Assembly: GCA_944350285.1 (NCBI GenBank)
Contig: CALVOL010000001.1
Location: forward strand, 1 to 49,421
Source: an uncultured Bacilli bacterium
GTDB taxonomy: Bacteria > Bacillota_I > Bacilli_A > RF39 > UBA660
Direction of reading: 5' to 3'
Length of the DNA: 49,421 nt
In this document: positions 35,376 to 43,502 of the stretch, one piece after another
Layout of the letters: every line of letters begins with the position of its first letter
Numbering within the stretch: the stretch's first letter is position 1
Made by a program: the position numbers and the translations under genes
Notes under the pieces: model-generated
The model's input: the letters and a program-made list of their open reading frames with translations, nothing else
Database searches by the model: none
Told to the model about the DNA's origin: nothing

Positions 35376-38300
35376 TTATGTATTCAAAAATTTTCTTAAT
35401 ATCAAGATTGCATCTACCATTTCCTTTTTACCATTATTATTCATATCATAAACATAGAGTAAATCTTCTGTTTTAGCATATGTCCCTATAAAATAACGAA
35501 GACCTAAAACAAAATCTGTTACTTCAATTTTTCCATTTAAATTAATATCTCCCTTTAAAGCATCAGATTCAGTAATGACATTGACATTCACTGTTTTACT
35601 AATGCCATTCGAGGCTGTAATGACAATCGTCGTACTTCCTGTTTTTAGTCCCTTAATAGAGCCATCCTCTGTGACACTAGCAATACTAGGATCACTAATT
35701 TGATAAGTTAAAGTTTTGTCCATAGTGGTATCTGTAGGCATCACTGATGCATTTAAAGACACTTGACTCCCTAATGGAATAAAATAAGTAGCTTGAGCAG
35801 AGATACTAGTAATTTCTTTTTCCCCTTCTTCAACACTCACAGTAATTTGTGCTGTTTTATTATTACTTGATGTAGCCGTAATGATAGCATCTCCTGATTC
35901 CAATGCATTGATAGTTCCGTTTTCTGATACACTAACAATATTAGGATTACTACTTTGATACGTAATAGTTGTATCCATTGTTGTATAATAAGGGATAATA
36001 TCAACAGATAGATAAGCAATTTCTCCTTTTATTATATGCAGTGTTTCTTCACTAAAAGTAATTTCTTCAATTGGATACTCATCTGTCGTTTCTTTTTCTT
36101 CTTCTGATACAACAACTATTGCAGTAACAGCACTATTATCTACATGAAATGTAATGGTAGTCGTTCCAGGACTTATGCCTGTCAAAACTCCATTTTGATA
36201 CGTTGCAACCTCTTTATTTTGTGAATAGTAATTTGCCGATGAATTAGTACGATTTGTATAAGGCTTGGTCGTTACTGGTGTAATACTTTCACCTACTTTT
36301 ATAGTATAGACTTCTTGATCAAAAGATATTGGTTCATCTGATAGATATAACTCTAAAGTATCCGTATGTTCATCATCTAACTGTGCTGTAATTAAAGTAT
36401 ATCCACTTTTGTGATAAGTCACTTGTCCTGTTTCATCAATACTTGCAACTTCAGGATTAGAACTTATCCAAGTAACAGGCACTAAGTGAAAGTTTGTATA
36501 ATTATGATAATTCACCCATAAACCGGTACCTTTAAAACTCACGTCATCAATTCCTTGATAATTTAAGTATTGTTGTGGAAACACAGATTGGATTTCAATA
36601 TCAGGATATTCTACATCTAATACGATACTTTCATTTAAGATAAGAGAAGCCATCCATTGCAAATCAGTTTCATCGATCTTATCATCGCCATTGATGTCAG
36701 CCATTTTCAAATCATCTTCTGTTGTACTACCAATTTTTTGCTTTAAAAGTAAATAATCCTTTTGATTAATGAACGTGTCGTTATTTAAATCTCCTGGATA
36801 AACTACCGCATTCGTACTTAAAGTAATTGGTGTATTCACATAAATAAGAAGTTCAGCATCTCCTAAAGAAGTAGTTCCTTTTACTGTTGTAAATCCTCCA
36901 CCCTTTAGGGTTAATGACTCACCATTTGACGTTGCAACAAGAGGATTGCTACTTGAGATATTAGATAAATATTCCGTGTTGCCTAAATTCGTACTTAAAG
37001 ATATTTTCTGAGTGAGTAATCCCTCTAAATACAACATACTTTGTGGATCATTTAACAAATACTCTTCTACGACATGCACTTCCACTTGTCTTACTTCTCC
37101 ATTAGATAGTCTTGCTTTAATAGCAGTATTCCCTAAGCCACGAGCCGTAATAAGGCCATTAGAATCCACTATAGCAACAGAAGAATCTGTATAACTCCAA
37201 GTAAGAGTTTGATTACTCGCAACTTCTTCTGGTAATATGAGTGATTTTAATTGAAAGGTTTCCCCAACTGCTAAATATACCTCTGTCTTATTTAAATAAA
37301 AGTCTGAAACCTTTACTTGATTCACTGTTACAACAAGACTTTTAGATAAACCATTATCTCCACTTAAAGTAATAGTCGTACTTCCTACATTATGAAACGT
37401 CACTACTCCGGTATTATCTACACTTGCAATACTCGGATTTGCACTTTTCCACGTATACGTACTATTTTCATAGATACTTGGACTCACTGAATAACTAAGA
37501 GTAACTGGTTCACTTCCATAGTTCACATTCAAAGAAGAATAATTCAAAGTAATTGTCCCGTTCATAGTATCTAAATCTATATAGTCAATTCTATTCGTTC
37601 GAGCATAAACCCCAGTCTTAGAAGAACCATGTAAATAAATCGTTGCTGAAGTATCAGTAAAGCCCATCGCTTCTATTTCTTTCCCATAAATGACAATATC
37701 TTGTAAATTAGAAGCTCCTTTAAATGCATCACTATAAATATATTCTATAGACTCCGGCAAAGAAACACTTTTTAAACTAGCGCAATTTCGAAAAGCCTCT
37801 TCTCCTATAACCGCAACGTTATCTCCAAAAGTCACTTTCGTTAACTTGGTATTATCCATAAACATTCTTTTTGGTAACATGCGCAAGTTATCAGAGATCA
37901 CTACTTCTGAAATACCGAGTTCCCCAAAAGCAAGATAATCAACAAATGTGACACTATCAGGAATGATGAGAGTATCGCTTACTCCACTAAGCCCATGAAA
38001 AGCAGCTTGACCAATCGACTTTAACTTGTTATTTAAAGTAATACTTTTTATTTTGTCATTATAAGCAAAAGCAAATTTTCCAACATACAACACAGACTCT
38101 GGAAGTACTAAATCGCCAGTAAAACTAGTATTGTTTAGGTAATATGCATTTGCTGCAATGCCGATCACAGGTTTATTGTTAATGGAATCTGGAATAAAGA
38201 TATCCCCACTCGGTTCCATATTATTAAGACCTACTGCTTTTAATATCGTAATCCCATAATCTCCCTCTAAATAAAGTAAATCATAAGCATATTTGGAATG

Positions 38301-40070
38301 ATCTAGTGTATATTTTTTTACTTCTGGCCATGTATTTAAGTCTTTATATTTTACAAGTTCTACTTCTTTGGTATTAGGATTTTCAGTCGTATAATACAAG
38401 TCTCCATCTCGGACAAAGACAGCATAAACTTCTCTACTACTCGTTTTAGTAACTAACCGTTTTTGATTTGTTCCATCTGTATTGATACTACATAACTCAT
38501 AATTTTCGCTTACATAATAAAGTGTATCATTTTCTTTGACAAGACCGCTGCCGTTATTTCTAGGTTTTAGAACTTTCAGCATTCTTGTCGTGGTATTGTT
38601 TTGCCTGTCTTCCTTCATTAGATAAGCAACCCATTGATAATCGTAATTAACCTTTTCATAAAAACTTCTTAAATAATAACTAGCATTTTCATCATAGTAA
38701 GGATAAGAATGATAACTGGACTCAATTTCTATACCTTCTGGTAGGTTTTCTATATATCCATGACTATCATAGGTGTTACTATCAAAAACATACGTTAAAT
38801 TTTTCAAATAAGATTTTGTTTTAAAAGCAATGCCAGAATTTTGTGTAAACATCATTGCATAATCTTGCGTGACAACTCCTCTTTTTCCTACATCAAAATA
38901 AGACCATGCTCCATCAACATTGCACAAATTATATCCGTGATCTCTAGTTAAATCTATAATTTCCGTACAATAGGCACCACCTAAACCAGATAGATAATAC
39001 AAAGTATTCATATATCCGCCACAGACAGCCGAGTGATCGACTAACACCCCATAATAGGTTTGATGATCGCCATTAAATCCATATAAATTGCCATCTTGAG
39101 AATAAGCAAACGCTTTTTCGATCACTTCTTGCTCACTTAAGCCATAAGCGATAGATTCCTGAAAATACAGGGTATGCTGTTCCACTAAAAGATCTCGTTC
39201 ATCAATCTCTTGGCTAGTTAAACTGCCCATTTCAATATCAGACTTTAATTCGTCATTAATAGCAAAAGACCATAAATGATTGAGACTATCGTCATAATAA
39301 AACATCGCCGTTGTATATTCTTCACTAAGATTCGTACTATATGCTCCCATCGCATAGAAAAAAGGACTCACAGTAAAATAAGTAGAATTTTTATAATCCG
39401 TATCCGTTCTTTGATATAAAAATCTTTTGCCTTCACTATTCATTAAGGTACTTCGAAGACTCATTCCGTTTTCTTGATAGGTATAGGCAAGATCAAAGCC
39501 CTCTTCATAAAACTCTAAATAATTATTTTTTCCTAAAACATTTCGTACTGCGTTATACATGAGAACCCCGTGCTCTACATCACTCTTTTTATAAGTATAC
39601 AGATCTTTTTCGTAATTTGTTTTATAAAGCGATAAAAGGGAAGAAGAAGAATAACCACTTAATCGCTTGTTATAGAAAGCTCCTCCTTTAATGGTGCCAC
39701 TATCATTATAAAATAAACCTTTTAATAAAGATAAATCTTTATAATTATAATCATCTCCATAACTATAGGTATCCGTAGTATATCCTTCCATAACAGCGAC
39801 AAAAGAAGCAATTCTTCCATCACTTAATGTTTCTACATAAAAGTAATTATTGTAATTATCATCTGTATAAAAGGAATAAGCAGAGCCCCCAAATGGACTT
39901 GGAGTAATTAATTTTGCCTCTTTATACACCGCTAGCACATCATCAATTGTCGAATCATGATACAAAGTTAATTCATATTCACCACTTCCTTGATGTAAAA
40001 AGGGTGTTGCTGCTTGAACTTGAATACTTAGGAAAAACACAAATAAGAAAAAACAAATTTTTTTTATCAT
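35376..40070 (-). CDS. 1564-aa secreted multidomain protein: transglutaminase-like core, BspA-type LRRs, about 7 Big_2 domains, one internal and one C-terminal dockerin
   Basis: The signal peptide is MIKKICFFLFVFFLSIQVQA. The Cys/His/Asp core is VCGGYMNTLYYL...DHGYNLCNVDGAWSYFDV. The LRRs include IPDSV.FV...AF / LPESIEYIYSDAFKG. Big_2 units follow the pattern (P.DTT.D.T.TY.SS.PS.ASV...G...). The internal dockerin GDLNNDTFINQKD...ADINGDDKIDETD is at 36630-36800. The C-terminal dockerin GDINLNGKIEVTD...DMNNNGKKEMVD is at 35379-35558. Confidence 0.8.
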   Translation of the reverse strand: MIKKICFFLFVFFLSIQVQAATPFLHQGSGEYELTLYHDSTIDDVLAVYKEAKLITPSPFGGSAYSFYTDDNYNNYFYVETLSDGRIASFVAVMEGYTTDTYSYGDDYNYKDLSLLKGLFYNDSGTIKGGAFYNKRLSGYSSSSLLSLYKTNYEKDLYTYKKSDVEHGVLMYNAVRNVLGKNNYLEFYEEGFDLAYTYQENGMSLRSTLMNSEGKRFLYQRTDTDYKNSTYFTVSPFFYAMGAYSTNLSEEYTTAMFYYDDSLNHLWSFAINDELKSDIEMGSLTSQEIDERDLLVEQHTLYFQESIAYGLSEQEVIEKAFAYSQDGNLYGFNGDHQTYYGVLVDHSAVCGGYMNTLYYLSGLGGAYCTEIIDLTRDHGYNLCNVDGAWSYFDVGKRGVVTQDYAMMFTQNSGIAFKTKSYLKNLTYVFDSNTYDSHGYIENLPEGIEIESSYHSYPYYDENASYYLRSFYEKVNYDYQWVAYLMKEDRQNNTTTRMLKVLKPRNNGSGLVKENDTLYYVSENYELCSINTDGTNQKRLVTKTSSREVYAVFVRDGDLYYTTENPNTKEVELVKYKDLNTWPEVKKYTLDHSKYAYDLLYLEGDYGITILKAVGLNNMEPSGDIFIPDSINNKPVIGIAANAYYLNNTSFTGDLVLPESVLYVGKFAFAYNDKIKSITLNNKLKSIGQAAFHGLSGVSDTLIIPDSVTFVDYLAFGELGISEVVISDNLRMLPKRMFMDNTKLTKVTFGDNVAVIGEEAFRNCASLKSVSLPESIEYIYSDAFKGASNLQDIVIYGKEIEAMGFTDTSATIYLHGSSKTGVYARTNRIDYIDLDTMNGTITLNYSSLNVNYGSEPVTLSYSVSPSIYENSTYTWKSANPSIASVDNTGVVTFHNVGSTTITLSGDNGLSKSLVVTVNQVKVSDFYLNKTEVYLAVGETFQLKSLILPEEVASNQTLTWSYTDSSVAIVDSNGLITARGLGNTAIKARLSNGEVRQVEVHVVEEYLLNDPQSMLYLEGLLTQKISLSTNLGNTEYLSNISSSNPLVATSNGESLTLKGGGFTTVKGTTSLGDAELLIYVNTPITLSTNAVVYPGDLNNDTFINQKDYLLLKQKIGSTTEDDLKMADINGDDKIDETDLQWMASLILNESIVLDVEYPDIEIQSVFPQQYLNYQGIDDVSFKGTGLWVNYHNYTNFHLVPVTWISSNPEVASIDETGQVTYHKSGYTLITAQLDDEHTDTLELYLSDEPISFDQEVYTIKVGESITPVTTKPYTNRTNSSANYYSQNKEVATYQNGVLTGISPGTTTITFHVDNSAVTAIVVVSEEEKETTDEYPIEEITFSEETLHIIKGEIAYLSVDIIPYYTTMDTTITYQSSNPNIVSVSENGTINALESGDAIITATSSNNKTAQITVSVEEGEKEITSISAQATYFIPLGSQVSLNASVMPTDTTMDKTLTYQISDPSIASVTEDGSIKGLKTGSTTIVITASNGISKTVNVNVITESDALKGDINLNGKIEVTDFVLGLRYFIGTYAKTEDLLYVYDMNNNGKKEMVDAILILRKFLNT

Positions 40071-40082
40071 AAATACTCCCCT

Positions 40083-42059
40083 TTAATAAGTGTTTAAAAA
40101 TCTTCGTAATATCAAAATGGCATCAATCATTTCTAGTTTTCCATTTTCGTTCATATCATAGACGTATAATAAATCCTCTGTTTTGGCATAAGTACCAATA
40201 AAATAACGTAAGCCTAGAATAAAATCGATAATTTGTATTTCACCATCGAAGTTCATATCACCTTTTATGTAAGGAACGTCCCCAGTAACTGTCACCTCTA
40301 TACTTTTACTTATATTATTTTTTGTAGTTACTGTAATCGTCGTTTTACCTGGATATTTTGCCGTAATAAGGCCAGTGTCACTGACAGTGGCTACAGATGG
40401 ATTACTACTTATATACGTTAGTGTTTTATCCATCGTTGTATCACTTGGTGTAATGGTAGTTTGTAATTGATAAGTATCTGTGTATTCTAATTCTACATGA
40501 GTCGTATTTACCTCGATACTTTCAATGGCATTGTAAATATTTAATTTATTGATACTTAACGTTTTACCACTAGTAGTTGTCCAATAAAGAAATCCGTTTT
40601 TTTCTACGTAATGTTCTTCATTATTCAATGATACATTTTCAATTGCAGTGGCTTCTTTTACCACATTTGCATCCTGATCAATTACCATATAGTAAGTTGT
40701 TGTTTTACCGCTCGGATAAATTCCCTCATCAGAATTATTGGAAGTCTGTTCTTGTTCCCAAACAATAATGATATTTCCATCACTTAATTTGCTCGCACGA
40801 ATTAGTATAATCGTTTCATCTTCTAAACTAGTAAGCCATTTCATACCATAGTCTACTTCATCACCGGTTAAATAAAGCCTTCCTACACCATTGTATTCAC
40901 TTTTCTCACCTGTGACAATTCTAGGTTCAGTATCAAGCATTTGCATGTCTTCTGCATTTTCTAATGTATAAAAATCCTTTGTATACTTCTGTACAAAAAT
41001 ATCCCATGGATGATTCATCGCACTACCATATGATGCACTTAAAACTTTGTCCATAGCGCCAATATAAAGATATCCGTCATCTACTTCGATTAAACTTCCT
41101 AAGGCTTGATTTGTCATATTGTATCCATGGGATGAGGCACCACCTTCGGTAAAATGAACGACTCTTTTGGTCGCGATATTTAGATAATCAAAATCATCGT
41201 CATCACTTGTATAATGATCTAAGTAAATTTTAGATAACATTAATCCCCTTGTGGCACCAGCATCGCCTACTTCCATAAGCAAATATCCACCATCACTCGT
41301 TTTGATAATTCTTTGCCCTAGAGAATGCGAAATGCTGTGACTGGCAGTTGTAAAATACATGTGACGGTAATCTGTATTTAGGGAGGCATCTTGAATCCGA
41401 CTCATATGTTCTAATGTTTCGGTATTAATGTACATAATTAAACTGCTTTGATGGCCATTATACATGTTTCCACCAAAAAACAAAGTTAAAACTCCATTTT
41501 GAATCGTCATACTAGAGCTTGCTGTATAATATAAAATATCCATTCCATATCCAGTTGCTCCGACCATTCCATTCGCATTTAAATATTGGCCTTGATACTC
41601 CTTTAATAATACCAAATCACCATTCGTATCGTATTTACCAACCGCCAAAACGTTACTGGTATATCTTTCCGTGCTTGTCGTTCCATAAGATGGTTTTTGA
41701 TATAACACATACAAATATCCATCTTCATAAATCGCCCCACCTGTACCATAGAAAAATATTTCTTGACCTGCGTTTAACCCACTATTGTCATATAAAGTAG
41801 CCCAACTTCTGGTTTTAATCATATTTAGATTACTATCAAACGTTGACCAATAAATGGTGTTCTCACTCCGATAAACAGAATTAAAGTTGCCATTTTCATC
41901 AAAGAAATCATAAACCATAGAAGGACCCTCTGTATTATATGTAAAACTATTTAATGGAGGGTCACTAGATTTTAACGTTTCCTCTATAGTAAAAGTCTTG
42001 GCATTGCCACACATAATAAAACTCAAAAATAAAGTACAGAAAAATAATATTTTTTTCAT
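40083..42059 (-). CDS. 658-aa secreted protein: uncharacterised N-terminal domain, one Big_2 domain, C-terminal dockerin
   Basis: The signal peptide is MKKILFFCTLFLSFIMCGNA. The Big_2 unit is ITPSDTTMDKTLTYISSNPSVATVSDTGLITAKYPGKTTITV. The C-terminal dockerin GDMNFDGEIQIID...DMNENGKLEMID is at 40086-40268. It has a 4-nt overlap with srtB. Confidence 0.75.
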   Translation of the reverse strand: MKKILFFCTLFLSFIMCGNAKTFTIEETLKSSDPPLNSFTYNTEGPSMVYDFFDENGNFNSVYRSENTIYWSTFDSNLNMIKTRSWATLYDNSGLNAGQEIFFYGTGGAIYEDGYLYVLYQKPSYGTTSTERYTSNVLAVGKYDTNGDLVLLKEYQGQYLNANGMVGATGYGMDILYYTASSSMTIQNGVLTLFFGGNMYNGHQSSLIMYINTETLEHMSRIQDASLNTDYRHMYFTTASHSISHSLGQRIIKTSDGGYLLMEVGDAGATRGLMLSKIYLDHYTSDDDDFDYLNIATKRVVHFTEGGASSHGYNMTNQALGSLIEVDDGYLYIGAMDKVLSASYGSAMNHPWDIFVQKYTKDFYTLENAEDMQMLDTEPRIVTGEKSEYNGVGRLYLTGDEVDYGMKWLTSLEDETIILIRASKLSDGNIIIVWEQEQTSNNSDEGIYPSGKTTTYYMVIDQDANVVKEATAIENVSLNNEEHYVEKNGFLYWTTTSGKTLSINKLNIYNAIESIEVNTTHVELEYTDTYQLQTTITPSDTTMDKTLTYISSNPSVATVSDTGLITAKYPGKTTITVTTKNNISKSIEVTVTGDVPYIKGDMNFDGEIQIIDFILGLRYFIGTYAKTEDLLYVYDMNENGKLEMIDAILILRRFLNTY

Positions 42060-42790
42060 GAGTCACTCTCACTTTCTACTAAAACTCCATGCATAATAAT
42101 ACGATCTTTATTTGTATAATAACATGTCGATAACGTTATAATTTGATGACTTGTACTCGTCGCTTCAAAAGAAATATGACTTCGTATTTTACTCATCTCT
42201 ATAAAGGAAGAAGATACATTTTTTTGAATACTCGTTCCATCACTAGGAGATGCAAGATAAATAGAATACACCTGATAAACATACTTAGTTTCTGGCGTAT
42301 AATAAGTTATTTGAATTTGATTGCCGTACTCTCCATTATAAATATCTAAAAGTGGGCCAAACATAGTCTCATCTAATGTATTATGTCCAAAAAGCACTGT
42401 ATTGGTATCACTCATATCCGGATGATTATCAGCATTCATAAAAATCCAACCACGCCTATTGTATGTTTGATCAAAAGATCTTCTTAAATAATACTCATTA
42501 TCTTCACCTTGAACTACAGGATAAGATATCGGGGTACCATCTACAACAATATATCCAACAGTATCTTCATTTTTGGCCTTTAATATATCAAAATTCACGG
42601 TAGGATTATTTAAAGAAATCTCACCAATATTCTCTTGTATTTCTAAAATAATATCTTCAGTATGTCTCTCATCTCTAAAAGATACAAATGCTTGATAGAA
42701 AAAATACCCACATAAAATTAAGAAGATACAAATTAAAGAACTCCAAATAAATTTTTTAAGAGGTTTTTTTAGTTTTCTTTTTTTTGCCAT
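42056..42790 (-). CDS. srtB: class B sortase
   Basis: It is 244 aa with an N-terminal membrane anchor. VGYIVVDGTPISYPVVQGEDNEYYLRRS, NTVLFGHNTLDETMFGPL and ITLSTCYY (TLxTC catalytic Cys) match the class B layout, for example in clostridial SrtB. Confidence 0.8.
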   Translation of the reverse strand: MAKKRKLKKPLKKFIWSSLICIFLILCGYFFYQAFVSFRDERHTEDIILEIQENIGEISLNNPTVNFDILKAKNEDTVGYIVVDGTPISYPVVQGEDNEYYLRRSFDQTYNRRGWIFMNADNHPDMSDTNTVLFGHNTLDETMFGPLLDIYNGEYGNQIQITYYTPETKYVYQVYSIYLASPSDGTSIQKNVSSSFIEMSKIRSHISFEATSTSHQIITLSTCYYTNKDRIIMHGVLVESESDS

Positions 42791-43502
42791 AAATCAAAAT
42801 TCCTCCAATAATAATGAAAAGAAAGACAAAAGCAAGAACAACAAGATAATAAGGAAAACTTTTTTCTTCTTCATTTTCTACTTTAGGACTTACTACAGTA
42901 ATTGTCTCAATAACATTTCCCTCACTATCCACTCCCTCTACTATCACCTCACCATCCTGGTGAAAAACTACATTTCCATGCTCATCCACCGTAGCAATCG
43001 CCTCATCTTGGCTAGAATAGGAAATACCATCTTTGGTTAAGTGTATTTCATTCGTTTTAGAAACGATAGAAGAACTCACTTCATAGTCCAAGGTCGTATA
43101 TTCATCAAAACCATAGTCTGTAACCTCTATCGCAAGTTCTGTCTGATCTTGAAAGCCTTCCTTCGCCTGAAAATTTAAGGAAGCAATCGTATCACCACTC
43201 ACTTCTAACAATTCGTCACTAAGATTAAACGCATAAATGGTAATCACGCCATCTACTTGTTCTAAGCCATGATACAAGCCATTTTTTAAAGAATTTAACT
43301 CTCCACCCATAAACTCTAGTTTTGTTTGGTCATAAGAAATTTTAATTCCTAAGACTTTAAATTCTTCATAATTTGTTATTTTTAACGGAACTTGAAACTC
43401 TGTTTGTTCTTGTAATACGACATAAGGAATCGAAAAGTTTGCTTTAGCATTTACAAGATATGGACAAAGAAAAAGGAGAAAGAATAAAATCCACTTTTTC
43501 AT
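42756..43502 (-). CDS. 248-aa membrane-anchored protein with an N-terminal cohesin-like module
   Basis: The signal peptide ends LVNA. The cohesin-like segment (about 43098-43445) contains LGIKISYDQTKLEFMGGEL...DTIASLNFQAKEG. A short Ig-like segment follows. The C-terminus has a TM helix plus a KKKKTKK tail. It has ATGA overlap with the upstream gene and a 35-nt overlap with srtB. Confidence 0.6.
   Translation of the reverse strand: MKKWILFFLLFLCPYLVNAKANFSIPYVVLQEQTEFQVPLKITNYEEFKVLGIKISYDQTKLEFMGGELNSLKNGLYHGLEQVDGVITIYAFNLSDELLEVSGDTIASLNFQAKEGFQDQTELAIEVTDYGFDEYTTLDYEVSSSIVSKTNEIHLTKDGISYSSQDEAIATVDEHGNVVFHQDGEVIVEGVDSEGNVIETITVVSPKVENEEEKSFPYYLVVLAFVFLFIIIGGILIYGKKKKTKKTS

Noticed and set aside
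42778-42785. A T8/A8 homopolymer lies in the 35-nt overlap between the membrane cohesin gene and srtB. It was considered as a slipped-strand phase-variation switch.
   Set aside because: The run simply encodes the lysine-rich tails of both proteins (KKKK / KKRK). Its length is short for efficient slippage, and I have no population data.
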